Shown here piece after piece: positions 51,977 to 61,486 of a stretch of DNA of 64,000 nt. Every line of letters begins with the position of its first letter. Position 1 is the stretch's first letter. Both the position numbers and the translations under genes were made by a program. The stretch is from Candidatus Bathyarchaeota archaeon. Lineage in GTDB: Archaea > Thermoproteota > Bathyarchaeia > Bathyarchaeales > Bathycorpusculaceae. Under the pieces are notes generated by a model. That model worked only from the letters and a program-made list of their open reading frames with translations. It had not been told where the DNA came from and searched no databases. The stretch is taken from positions 1,216,001 to 1,280,000 of the forward strand of contig CAVZJV010000014.1 in the NCBI GenBank assembly GCA_963775685.1, in the 5' to 3' direction.

Positions 51977-52253
51977 TTTGGAATAATGACAAGACTAAAA
52001 AATTTTTGGGAGCATTCTGTTTCCCATTACATGATCGAAAAGGTGGGGCGAGGTAGTTTGTATGCTATTATTAAGTAACATCTACCCAGTATTCCATTTC
52101 CCATTACGATTTTGAAATATCTTTCTTGAGAATAATTACAGATTGTTGTAGCCTTGTACTATTGTTATACAGTTGGGCTTATTCTCCATTCTCATATAGC
52201 CAATACCCATAGTAGAGGCTTTTCTTAGTAGTAGCATCAATAGCAGTAGTGAT

Positions 52254-53501
52254 CTAACGCCTCACCTTACCCTTAGGTTTAATCTCTGGTTCTTCTTCAT
52301 GAGCGTTAAGCTCTTCCTCAATCGCTCGCTCTAACCCTTCCCTGTTGATTTTGATGTTTCCATTATTGCTAAGTTTCCTAAGTAGAATGTCTACAGTGAG
52401 CTTCTCAGCAACAGCGTTATTCTGCCATGTGGTAACTTGAGCTGTTAGTTCCTTAACCTTTAATTCTAATTCGTTAAGCTTAGTCTCGTCTACCACTCGC
52501 ACACCTTCACTCAAGAACTCAAGGTCTGGGAGAGCTTGCTTATACTTAGATCGAAGCTGTTCAATTAATGGTCTGGAATAGGGAGCTTCTTCACCGCTAA
52601 CCTTTCTTCCCTTAATCTTCTTAATCCAGTTGATAGGACATCCAGCATTCTCTAAAGCTGTTTGAACTATACGTCTACCATCATGAAAAGTGAAGTTTGC
52701 ATTAGCTCTTTGCTCTAAAATGGTTGCTTTCTTTGCTATCATGCGTATAGTTAATGGTTCGCTTATGTTGCGTTTGACTGAGAGAAAAACATAGTCTTCG
52801 TTAGTCCACTTGTGACCAAAGTTCTTTTCCATCCATTCTCTATATTCAATAACTACTCTTTTTGCTTCGTTAGTTATGAAGGTCTCTTGCCTTACGCCTC
52901 TATACTTTCCCTTGCCATGACCCTTCACTAAATCAGAGGGTAAAGAGATGTGTGGACATTCTTGAGTTTCCCAACCCTCTTCAAAGTGATAGAATCTTAG
53001 CTTTGAGAGGGACTCTAAAGCTATTGCTGAAGTTGCACCTATCATAACGAGTGCTTGGTCTCTGGGGTTTCTGCATGCTTTGAATACTGCTAACCGAGTT
53101 TCTTTAGAGGGTACAGTGTGGCTTTCATTCTGTATGTATGGCATGGACCGACCAGCTTGCGCCTGAAGTTGTCGGTAATTTGTTCTAAAGAATCCTCTGA
53201 GACATTGAGCTATGTGCCACTTTCTTTTTTCTGGAAAGATAACTTTGGCATTCGCTAAACTGTCTAAGAGCTTCTCTGCCTCTAAGCTATTGTAATCTTT
53301 CTTTAGGTCTAACAACTGGTCAGGATTCAACCCAGACCAATTACAGAAATGATAAAGAGAGATGGCTGCGCTGCCCTGTCTACTGTGAAGAGTATTAAGA
53401 TAATTCATTACGCATTGATAGTTTTTAGCCCAACCATCTAATACTGTTAGCTCAGTGAAACCATACTTTAAATTCTTCTTTTTCGCTTCTACTATACCCA
53501 T
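52254..53501 (-). CDS. Tyrosine recombinase/integrase with C-terminal coiled coil
   Basis: RDQAL box I, K in LVKG, TFIT.EA, HDGRR box II, APYSRP tyrosine; TATA-like box ~27 nt upstream. Confidence 0.85.
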   Translation of the reverse strand: MGIVEAKKKNLKYGFTELTVLDGWAKNYQCVMNYLNTLHSRQGSAAISLYHFCNWSGLNPDQLLDLKKDYNSLEAEKLLDSLANAKVIFPEKRKWHIAQCLRGFFRTNYRQLQAQAGRSMPYIQNESHTVPSKETRLAVFKACRNPRDQALVMIGATSAIALESLSKLRFYHFEEGWETQECPHISLPSDLVKGHGKGKYRGVRQETFITNEAKRVVIEYREWMEKNFGHKWTNEDYVFLSVKRNISEPLTIRMIAKKATILEQRANANFTFHDGRRIVQTALENAGCPINWIKKIKGRKVSGEEAPYSRPLIEQLRSKYKQALPDLEFLSEGVRVVDETKLNELELKVKELTAQVTTWQNNAVAEKLTVDILLRKLSNNGNIKINREGLERAIEEELNAHEEEPEIKPKGKVRR

Positions 53502-53556
53502 GTGTCTCTCACTCTCAAGCGTTACCTATTATAGTTTCACCCTTATTAATTCACCT

Positions 53557-53697
53557 ATTTGTATAGCTTCCCCCAAAACATTGAATATATCGCGTTTAGG
53601 CACTGACTTGGGCTATCGGCATGTTGAATCGCACTTTGCCTATATTCATCAGTCTTTGACGCGGGAGATTGCAGTGTTCGAAAAGGTGAATGTATGA
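53557..53697 (+). pseudogene. attR core (53557-53567) plus displaced native 3' end of trm11
   Basis: ICIASPKTLN...ESHFAYIHQSLTREIAVFEKVNV*; stop overlaps rnz ATG. Confidence 0.88.
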
Positions 53698-54614
53698 GTC
53701 TTCGTGTGGTGTTTTTGGGGACAAGTGGCAGCGTACCAACGCTAAAAAGAAGTCTACCCTCCGTCGTTGTGCAATGTCCGCGCGACCAATGGATGTTTGA
53801 CTGCGGCGAAAACGTACAACGGCAAATGATGCAAGCGAAAGTCAGTTTTCACCGTAAAATGAAAGTGTTCATTACTCATCTGCATGGCGATCACGTTTTG
53901 GGTTTGCCCGGACTATTGCAGACAATGGCATTGATGGGTCGCACCGAGCCAGTTCAGATTTATGGTCCAGTTGGGCTGAAGGATTTTCTTGTTTGTACCA
54001 AAGAAACACTCAACTTTGGCTTAACCTTCTCGGTTGAGATAAGCGAAATCCCTGCAGAAGGCATCGTTTGCAACGAAGAAGAATACAGAGTTATATCAAC
54101 TAAATCTAACCACGCTGTACAAAGCTATGCCTTTGCTTTTGTGGAAAAGCCGCGTCCAGGCAAGTTCTATCCAAAAAAAGCGTTGGCGCTTGGAGTTGCG
54201 GCGGGTGAGCTGTGGTCTAAGCTGCAAAGCGGCAAAGAAATTACTTTGGCGGATGGTAAGGTGATTAAACCAAGCGATGTTATGGGTCCTCTGCGGACTG
54301 GACGCAAAATCATCTACACAGGCGACACCAAACCCTTTGAGGCGTTCGCAAAATTCGCGCAGGGAGCAGATTTGGTGATTCATGATTGCACGTTTGACGA
54401 TTCTCTCACTGAGAAGGCAAATGTGGATGGACATTCAACGCCAACTCAAGCAGCTGAGCAAGCGAGGGCGGCTGGAGCAAAACAGTTGGTTCTGTCCCAC
54501 ATCAGCGCTCGGTACACAAACGCAGGGTTGCTTTTGGACCAAGCAAAAAAAGTCTTCCCCAAAAGCATACTTGCCGAGGATTTTATGGAGCTGGAGCTTC
54601 CCTTAAGCGAGTAG
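53694..54614 (+). CDS. rnz: Ribonuclease Z
   Basis: FLGTSG, DCGE, THLHGDH, YTGDT, HST, LSHISARY. Confidence 0.94.
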   Translation: MSLRVVFLGTSGSVPTLKRSLPSVVVQCPRDQWMFDCGENVQRQMMQAKVSFHRKMKVFITHLHGDHVLGLPGLLQTMALMGRTEPVQIYGPVGLKDFLVCTKETLNFGLTFSVEISEIPAEGIVCNEEEYRVISTKSNHAVQSYAFAFVEKPRPGKFYPKKALALGVAAGELWSKLQSGKEITLADGKVIKPSDVMGPLRTGRKIIYTGDTKPFEAFAKFAQGADLVIHDCTFDDSLTEKANVDGHSTPTQAAEQARAAGAKQLVLSHISARYTNAGLLLDQAKKVFPKSILAEDFMELELPLSE

Positions 54615-55385
54615 CTGCTTTAATTTCTTGATGCTTTGAAGCACCTCATGCATCGATTCGACAACGACGATTTTGTCGTAGCCGATTTTTTCAAGTGTTT
54701 CAGCAAACCAGTTATAGTCGATGTTGCCGTCCTCAACTCCGAAGTGTTGGTCGTCTGAGCCATCGTTGTTGCTGGCGTGGATGTGGACTATTTTGTCAGC
54801 AAGCAAACTAAAAAAAGGCTGGATTTGACCTTCCAAGTTTGCGTGTCCAAGATCCATCGTTATGCCAATAGGCAAGTTGGTTTCTTTGTACATCTTTTGG
54901 AATTCTTCAGGCGAATTCATCAAAAACCAATATTTCGCAGGCAGATTCTCTAGAGCAATGTTAATGCCATATTCCTCCGAAACAGCATACAATTCTTGAA
55001 TACTTTTGCACATTTGCTTGAAATCGGCGCCCGGATAAAATTGCCCGATGCCCGTACGCTGTCCAGGATGGAAGACCCAAAGTTTAGCGTCCATGGCAGC
55101 TGCGTTTTGGAGGGATTGTTTGAGTCGTTTAAGCGACGCGCTTAGCATAGGTTTGACAGGCGAAGCAATGTTGATGTCCGCGAAAGGCGCATGCAAGGAA
55201 TACTCTAGGCTGTAGGTTTTTGCGGCTTCCCTGAGCGCAGCAATACGTGGTTTGTTTAAATCATACGTGCCGTCATCCAAAATCTCAATGTACTTAGTGC
55301 CCATTTTTCCCAAGCGTTTGACCATACTGTTAAAGGGTTCACCCAAGCAATAGAGCATTGAAACGCCAACTTTAGCTTTAGACAT
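54603..55385 (-). CDS. Sugar phosphate isomerase/epimerase (AP endonuclease 2 TIM barrel)
   Basis: HAPFADINIAS, FHPG, ALEN, DLGHA, HIH...D.H; start trimmed to MSKAK. Confidence 0.8.
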   Translation of the reverse strand: MSKAKVGVSMLYCLGEPFNSMVKRLGKMGTKYIEILDDGTYDLNKPRIAALREAAKTYSLEYSLHAPFADINIASPVKPMLSASLKRLKQSLQNAAAMDAKLWVFHPGQRTGIGQFYPGADFKQMCKSIQELYAVSEEYGINIALENLPAKYWFLMNSPEEFQKMYKETNLPIGITMDLGHANLEGQIQPFFSLLADKIVHIHASNNDGSDDQHFGVEDGNIDYNWFAETLEKIGYDKIVVVESMHEVLQSIKKLKQLLA

Positions 55386-55533
55386 GCCATTTCCCCTTTT
55401 ACATTGGAATGTTCTGGTTAAAAACCATACTAACCTAAATAAGTTAACCCCAAAAAAATTCAAACTGCCCGAAAGAGAAGCCAAGGTCTGTTATTTTATT
55501 TTACTCAGGAAATAGTTGCATTCCTCAAGGATT

Positions 55534-56017
55534 CTAAAAGTTTGCCACTCGGGTAGTTCTATGCTGAATTTGACGAATTCCAAGTGCAAGTTCAGTGAAT
55601 TCTTTTATAGTTGTGCAGCGAAAATCCCTCGTTGGCCTTCCAAAGCGTAAGCCGCTGCACATGATGTCCGCGTAGACATAAAGTCGAATGCTATGGTAGT
55701 CATATGCTGCTATCTTGGGTTCACCATATTTTGGTTCGGAAATCACTTTGAAGGGCCAGATTTTGCATGCTTCAGGCTTCATGCTCTGTAGGCTACAATA
55801 GTAGGTGTTTGCTTTGTTGCAGAGGAAATCGCATGAACCATCGTTTGTCCGTTTTTATGTAGAAGCGCTCTAAGTCGGACACGGTGGTTTTAACGCCGAA
55901 AGACCTGGAAATGTTTAGCCACTCAGGAAAACCCAGTACGACGCTGTATAATTTGCAACAGTAACCACAGGCTTTGCAGCGCCAATCCGCAAGGTTTCGC
56001 CATGGAACAAACTGCAT
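55534..56017 (-). pseudogene. YkgJ-family Cys-cluster protein split by a +1 frameshift
   Basis: C..CG.CC in first part; C.FL...C....KP.AC..WPF in second; removing one base from the run at 55852-55856 joins them. Confidence 0.7.
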
Positions 56018-56090
56018 TTTTAGCTAAAACTCTCCAAGTGAATAAAAATGAAGAAGATTAAATCTTTTGTTCCAACAAACAAAGAAAAAA

Positions 56091-56567
56091 CTATAGTTTG
56101 TTGTAGAGGTAAATCGTATGTGAAGGATAGCCTAACTTGGGGTTTTCGCAGAAATTCTCAACTTTCGTTGGTTGCCAACCAATAATCTCATAGTCATGTG
56201 AAACCACGCGTGCTCCTTTCTTAAGATCGCTCTCCAACTTTGGTTTGATTTTCTCGTTTGCACTCGTCGTCAAGTACAAGTAGACCACGTCTGCCGAAGT
56301 TAGATTTACTTTGAACATGTCATCATTCATTATTGTAACTCTGTCATCTAACCCATGCTCATGAATAGAACTCATAGCTTTCTTAGCTAAATCTTCACGC
56401 ATCTCGATGCCAACTCCTCGGGCGCCAAAAGTCTTTGCCGCCATAATCACGGTTCTTCCATCTCCTGAACCCATATCGAAAAGGACTTCACCTGCCTTCA
56501 AATCAGCAAGCCTCAGCATATATTCTACCACAATTGTTGGGCTTGGAACAAAAGGAGCAATAAACAT
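56091..56567 (-). CDS. Class I SAM methyltransferase, archaeal protein-lysine (aKMT-like) type
   Basis: APFVPSP, DMGSGDGR, ADVV.LYL, GARVVSHDY. Confidence 0.75.
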   Translation of the reverse strand: MFIAPFVPSPTIVVEYMLRLADLKAGEVLFDMGSGDGRTVIMAAKTFGARGVGIEMREDLAKKAMSSIHEHGLDDRVTIMNDDMFKVNLTSADVVYLYLTTSANEKIKPKLESDLKKGARVVSHDYEIIGWQPTKVENFCENPKLGYPSHTIYLYNKL

Positions 56568-56594
56568 CTTTCAGGTTCTCCTACAAATCCCTAA

Positions 56595-56928
56595 CTACGC
56601 TACATAAGCATCTTTTTTTGGCTGCGGTCTTTTTGCTTCACCACATTTAGCGCAACTCTGTACACACAATTCAAGATATTTCTCTTCATCTGCTCTTCCA
56701 ACGGCGCTGAGCAGCTTTTATGCATAGTTCGCTGGGTTCAACGCAACCTTCTTCTTTGCAAAGGGATGAGATGTATTGGCAGATTTCCTGTACGTCTTTT
56801 GGCTCAAGAACTGCTCTGTTTGTGCGTACAAGTAAACAGAGTTCTCGCGCCATAACGCAGGTTTTAACGTATTTGATGCGTTCGAGAACTTCGTTACGTA
56901 GATTCTTTCGGCTTATTTCCACTTTCAA
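56595..56928 (-). pseudogene. Cys-rich small protein with apparent frameshift near 56710
   Basis: Alternate frame continues AVGRADEEKYLELCVQSCAKCGE...AYVA* to 56595. Confidence 0.5.
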
Positions 56929-57076
56929 ATTCTCCTAAGAGTACAACAAGCAGATAAGCCAAAATAAGAAGCTCTTCGCTTAAAAAGTTGCTGTATACTG
57001 CCTGAGAGGTTGCTGAGTTTACGAAAAGCTAATAACTTGTTCTTACGCAAAAACAGTTAACCCGCCTGAACAGGAA

Positions 57077-58015
57077 TTGAGGCGAAAAAGCGAAGTGCAA
57101 TCTAAAACCAAGAAGATAATCCTCATTTTAGTCTTATCCATAGCATTAGCGATAAATGCTTTTACTTTTCTCGTTGCATATCCAGAAACATTTAAGCCGA
57201 TGTCACCAATTTACGCAAGAGATTTTTCTGCTTACTACATCGGAGAATGGCGATTATTCCACAATCCAACCACAATCTACATAGGCGGAAATCAGCCGGG
57301 CGATTATTATATTCCGCCCAATGTCCAAACTTTCAAGTACACGCCCTCTTTTCTGATTTTTTTTGCACCTTTTATAAATTTGAGTTACCAAAACGCGCTT
57401 AACGTTTTTGACATATTACAATTTGCTTCTGTCTTTGTCTTAGCGTTTTTTGTCTACAAAATTGTTAGAGACAAAAAGCTTTTGTGGGGTGCCATGGCAG
57501 CCGTCATTATTTTAGTCGCTTTCCAACCTGGTTACTATTGTGGCTATTCTCAAGCAAATGCCCACATAATTCAAGCCTCTCTTATCGTAGGTTCCTTGTA
57601 TTTTGGGTTCTCTAAAAAGCCATGGTTTTCCGCACTTTTTTTTGCGACAGCTGCATTTGATCCACGCGGTTGTCTTCTTGCTCTTCCACTGCTTTTATGG
57701 TACAACAGACAAAAGTTACTAAAGTTCGGAATGGGCATGGTTGCGTTTCTTGCGGCGTTAAACTTGCCTTTTTTCTTTTACTACAATATCGGATTAAATT
57801 TTTTGCAGACAGAAGTTAATGGTGACATTGTCTCTCAGATATATTCTTACGATTTGGTTCCTATAATCGCTGTCGCCACAATGACTATACTCGAAGTTAT
57901 AACTATCATTGACAAGAGAACAAATTTTAGCTTTTTAATAGAAGCTAAACTCTCAAAGCCAAAAACAGAAGCCAACTCGACCCTTTCCCCAGAAACGCTC
58001 AATAGACAACAATAA
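57077..58015 (+). CDS. GT87/DUF2029-like membrane glycosyltransferase
   Basis: RDFSAYY, FKYTP..L..F.PF, multiple TM helices. Confidence 0.65.
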   Translation: MRRKSEVQSKTKKIILILVLSIALAINAFTFLVAYPETFKPMSPIYARDFSAYYIGEWRLFHNPTTIYIGGNQPGDYYIPPNVQTFKYTPSFLIFFAPFINLSYQNALNVFDILQFASVFVLAFFVYKIVRDKKLLWGAMAAVIILVAFQPGYYCGYSQANAHIIQASLIVGSLYFGFSKKPWFSALFFATAAFDPRGCLLALPLLLWYNRQKLLKFGMGMVAFLAALNLPFFFYYNIGLNFLQTEVNGDIVSQIYSYDLVPIIAVATMTILEVITIIDKRTNFSFLIEAKLSKPKTEANSTLSPETLNRQQ

Positions 58016-58035
58016 TTGCCGAGAACTCAGCATTC

Positions 58036-60909
58036 TCAGAATCGCTTGCTTAGGACCTTGCGTTCTACTTCCATAACTAGCTCGTAAAACTTGTCTGAAA
58101 GCGTGGATTCTTTCTCTAGAACAGCTCTAGCATCAATAGTTGAAACACGCCGTGCACTCAACGCAACCGCGGCGGCTTTGCCATATTTTTCAATCAACTC
58201 CCCGGTTTGCCGTGCGTATACCTGCAATTTTATTTCGCTCTTCGCCAGCTTTTCGCCCCTTTTTTCAATCAGCGGCAAAGCCTTCTCCTCCTCTACTTTC
58301 AGCATACCAATTGCAAAAGACCCGCACCGTGGACACTTGGGTTTATCAGGCAGGTCTTTGATGCATATCATCTCCATATAATCCCAACAGGCAGTGCAGA
58401 CAAAGTTACCCGTCTCGGTGAGCAACCTTGCCTTTGCAGATTCAACTAGAACTGCACGCATCTGCTCGGGTGGAATAAGGTCGGTCTTCATGCTAACACG
58501 CTCAATGCCAACACGAGCTACAGGCGTCGCGAAGCCGCCGGTTTCAACCACTTGCAGCCGAACTAAACCATCACGCAGCCTACCCAACACCATGACAAGC
58601 CCATCTCCGTCGATGTCTTTGGAGAAAACCTCCTTCAGACCTTCCTCATAAATGGGGGTCCCTTCAAAACTTGCAATCAACTTTTGGATACTAACATTGC
58701 TAAAGTCAGCCCACTTCTTCAAAGCACCAAATCGCCGTGCCACTTGAATAACGCGACGCTTGAATAGTCCAGTCTTCACAGTGGATAGAGTTAGCGTGTT
58801 CTTGATGGCTTGTTCACTCATACCCTGAATTTCCATTACGACATCAACCAGTCTCTCAGCAGTCATGGCACCCATAGTTTGAACAAAAATGCGATAGGGG
58901 TCATGCTGAACCACAATGCCTCGGCCCATCTTATCAGACAAAACCTGCCCCAAAAGCTGAGCCAAAGCCCGATTGGTAAGCGAACCAAAATTTGAATGAA
59001 CAATAACGAATTCGCCCCAATCCTCAACTACAATCCGCCCTGGAGTAGGAACAGGAAAGCCTCTGTGCACTTGTTCCAAGGTTTCATCTAACGCATGCAG
59101 GATTGTCTGTTTGTCCGCGGGATACCGTTCAGCAAGCAATGCGCTAATCTGCTCACCTGAAGCACCGCGCTGGGTTTGTTGTTCAACGAAACCTCGGATT
59201 TCCGCCAATTCCTGCGCTACCTCGTAGGGAACAGAAATTTCCTCCCCTATCCAGCTGGGGATGGAGCCCGTGGGGTCATCTACTGGGCGAACATAGACTT
59301 TGTCTTCTGTAGGGTGGATTATTTGCCATGGGCTACCGCGGATGATGAATTTTGTGCCTGGCTTTCCATATTCCGCCATGAAGGCTTCGTCTAAAACTCC
59401 GATGGATGAATCCGTTGACTCGTCGATGACTAGGAATTGTTTTTCTTCGGGAATCATTGATAAATTATCGAAATAGTACTCAAACAATGCCTTGGTCCTC
59501 TGGGGTCGCAGCACCACTTGGTCTTCAAACGATGCCCATGCTAAACGAGGAAAACGGTTATGCATGTATTTGAGAATCTTCTCCACGTCAGATAATGTCA
59601 GGTTTTCGAATGGAGCAGCGTTACGCATCAAATTTAAAATCTCGTTGAAAGCTAACCGTCGGTTATTGAGCAGCAACCCAGCGATTTGGTGAGCTAAAAC
59701 ATCGTAGGGCTTATCAGGAATTGTTAACGGTTCCAGCTCTTCGCTCAACGCACGCCGAGCAATGACCAACGCTTCGAGTGTATCATCGGAGTCCATGCCA
59801 ATAATTATTCCTTCAGACAATTTCCCATACGTATGCCCTGCCCTGCCAACCCTCTGAATTAACCGAGAAACCTGACGAGGACTCATGTACTGGATGACTA
59901 GGTCTATATGCCCAACGTCTATGCCGAGTTCTAAGCTGCTGGTGGCGATTAAACCTTTGAGGGCGCCTTTTTTTAGCCCTGTTTCCGCGGCAATTCGTGA
60001 AGGTTTAGCCAAAGAGCCGTGATGAATTGAAATTGGAAAATCAACATCCCAAACTTTGAAGCGGGAAGCCAAAACCTCCGAAACCGAACGTGTATTAGTA
60101 AACAAGAGCACTGATTTGCGTTTGCTCATGTAATCACGAATAATGCGCAACCTCGCTGACACTTCGGGGTGGGTATAAATTTTGGAGGCGAACTGAACGT
60201 CTTGTTCGGTGGGCTTGGGATAAATCACCTGCAGCTTCACCATCTTTGCCACAGGAACGCGGATTATTTCGACAGGTCGTTTATCGCCGACAAGGAACTG
60301 GGCAACCTTGTCGGGGCTGCCCACTGTAGCAGATAAACCGACCATTTGAAAGTCTTTACCGATTAAATCGCGGATACGCTCCAATGCTAAAGAAAGTTGG
60401 CTGCCACGTTTGCTGTCTGCAAGTTCATGAACTTCGTCAATGACTATCCAGTGGAGACTTTGCAGGCTCTGACGCAGCAGCCACCCGGTAAGAATAGCTT
60501 GCAAGGTTTCAGGCGTCGTAATTAGAATGTCAGGGGGACATCGTGATTGCCTAGTTCGTTCTTTAGTTTCGGTGTCTCCATGCCTAACAGCCAATTTAAC
60601 GTCTAAATTGTTGCACCACCACTGGAGTCGTTCAAGCAAGTCACGGTTTAATGCTCGAAGAGGCGTTATGTAGAGCACTTTTATGCCTGGAGTTTTAGGC
60701 AACTGCAAAAGCATGCTTAGAATAGGAAGGAAGGCAGCTTCGGTTTTGCCAGTGGCTGTAGGTGAGATTAATAGGACGTTTTTGCCTTCCAGAATTTTGG
60801 GTATGGTTTTTTCTTGAGGTTCGGTGGGTTTAGAGAATCCCTTCTGTTCAACGAGCCTTCGCACTGGCTTCACGAGCATTTCAAAGGCATTTTCAGAAGT
60901 AGCTTGCAA
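58036..60909 (-). CDS. lhr: Lhr-family SF2 helicase
   Basis: PTATGKT, TPLRALNRD, DEVH, SAT, HHGSL, SSLELGIDVG, QRVGRAGH, C-terminal CxxC...CxxC. Confidence 0.9.
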   Translation of the reverse strand: MQATSENAFEMLVKPVRRLVEQKGFSKPTEPQEKTIPKILEGKNVLLISPTATGKTEAAFLPILSMLLQLPKTPGIKVLYITPLRALNRDLLERLQWWCNNLDVKLAVRHGDTETKERTRQSRCPPDILITTPETLQAILTGWLLRQSLQSLHWIVIDEVHELADSKRGSQLSLALERIRDLIGKDFQMVGLSATVGSPDKVAQFLVGDKRPVEIIRVPVAKMVKLQVIYPKPTEQDVQFASKIYTHPEVSARLRIIRDYMSKRKSVLLFTNTRSVSEVLASRFKVWDVDFPISIHHGSLAKPSRIAAETGLKKGALKGLIATSSLELGIDVGHIDLVIQYMSPRQVSRLIQRVGRAGHTYGKLSEGIIIGMDSDDTLEALVIARRALSEELEPLTIPDKPYDVLAHQIAGLLLNNRRLAFNEILNLMRNAAPFENLTLSDVEKILKYMHNRFPRLAWASFEDQVVLRPQRTKALFEYYFDNLSMIPEEKQFLVIDESTDSSIGVLDEAFMAEYGKPGTKFIIRGSPWQIIHPTEDKVYVRPVDDPTGSIPSWIGEEISVPYEVAQELAEIRGFVEQQTQRGASGEQISALLAERYPADKQTILHALDETLEQVHRGFPVPTPGRIVVEDWGEFVIVHSNFGSLTNRALAQLLGQVLSDKMGRGIVVQHDPYRIFVQTMGAMTAERLVDVVMEIQGMSEQAIKNTLTLSTVKTGLFKRRVIQVARRFGALKKWADFSNVSIQKLIASFEGTPIYEEGLKEVFSKDIDGDGLVMVLGRLRDGLVRLQVVETGGFATPVARVGIERVSMKTDLIPPEQMRAVLVESAKARLLTETGNFVCTACWDYMEMICIKDLPDKPKCPRCGSFAIGMLKVEEEKALPLIEKRGEKLAKSEIKLQVYARQTGELIEKYGKAAAVALSARRVSTIDARAVLEKESTLSDKFYELVMEVERKVLSKRF

Positions 60910-61209
60910 AATTGAACCTCAATTAGTAGAAGATAAGCTTGGATAGTGGTATAAAAGAGGTTGGGAGAAAAAATCGCGGTTAACTGGGTGATTTAAGTGT
61001 TTTTTATTAGAGTTGATTTATTCGTATTGTTCTAAGCGAATATCCATTCATTCAACAGGTGGATTTTGACACTTATTTATCAACGTGTCCATGACATAGA
61101 CAAAAAAATGTCTAATCACAACGTTAAAAAGAAAAATATCTATGGGAAAGCTACGGAAACTTTTTTATCCCATCAGCCTAAACCATGAAATCAATACGGA
61201 GGAAAATAA

Positions 61210-61380
61210 ATGGCTAAATGTCCAAAATGCGGAACCGAAGTAGCAAAGCCAAAGAAAACTTGGAAAATGGCGGGTCGTCCAGACAAAGCTGGAAAACGCA
61301 TGCAACTAGAAATCGGACTCTACGAATGCCCAAAATGTGGCAACGTATTCCGCGAAGTGCTAAGTAAACAAAAAATCTAA
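61210..61380 (+). CDS. Cren7-like chromatin protein (56 aa) with two CxxC; not in ORF track
   Basis: MAKCPKCGTEVAKPKKTWKMAGRPDKAGKRMQLEIGLYECPKCGNVFREVLSKQKI; GGAGG SD. Confidence 0.8.
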   Translation: MAKCPKCGTEVAKPKKTWKMAGRPDKAGKRMQLEIGLYECPKCGNVFREVLSKQKI

Positions 61381-61486
61381 AACTGCAACCTAACACAGGT
61401 CTTGCATTCTCATTTTATCTTTTTTTCCAAAGCGGTAGTTTTAAAATCAAGCGTTTGTTAATGAACTTGCACATTAGGTTCGGCAG

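Larger units (their letters stand above)
44623..53567. mobile_element. ~8.9-kb integrated element (tyrosine integrase) inserted in trm11
   Basis: 11-bp flanking direct repeat, terminal integrase, duplicated gene 3' end, AT-richer co-oriented orphan ORFs. Confidence 0.9.

Noticed and set aside
52014-52107. 17-bp imperfect direct repeat ATTCYRTTTCCCATTAC (52014, 52091)
   Set aside because: Only two copies, no hairpin, and no link to the main motif.
53455-53697. 80-aa ORF as an independent gene
   Set aside because: The first half is antisense to the integrase start and promoter; only the part after 53557 is meaningful, as the displaced trm11 tail.
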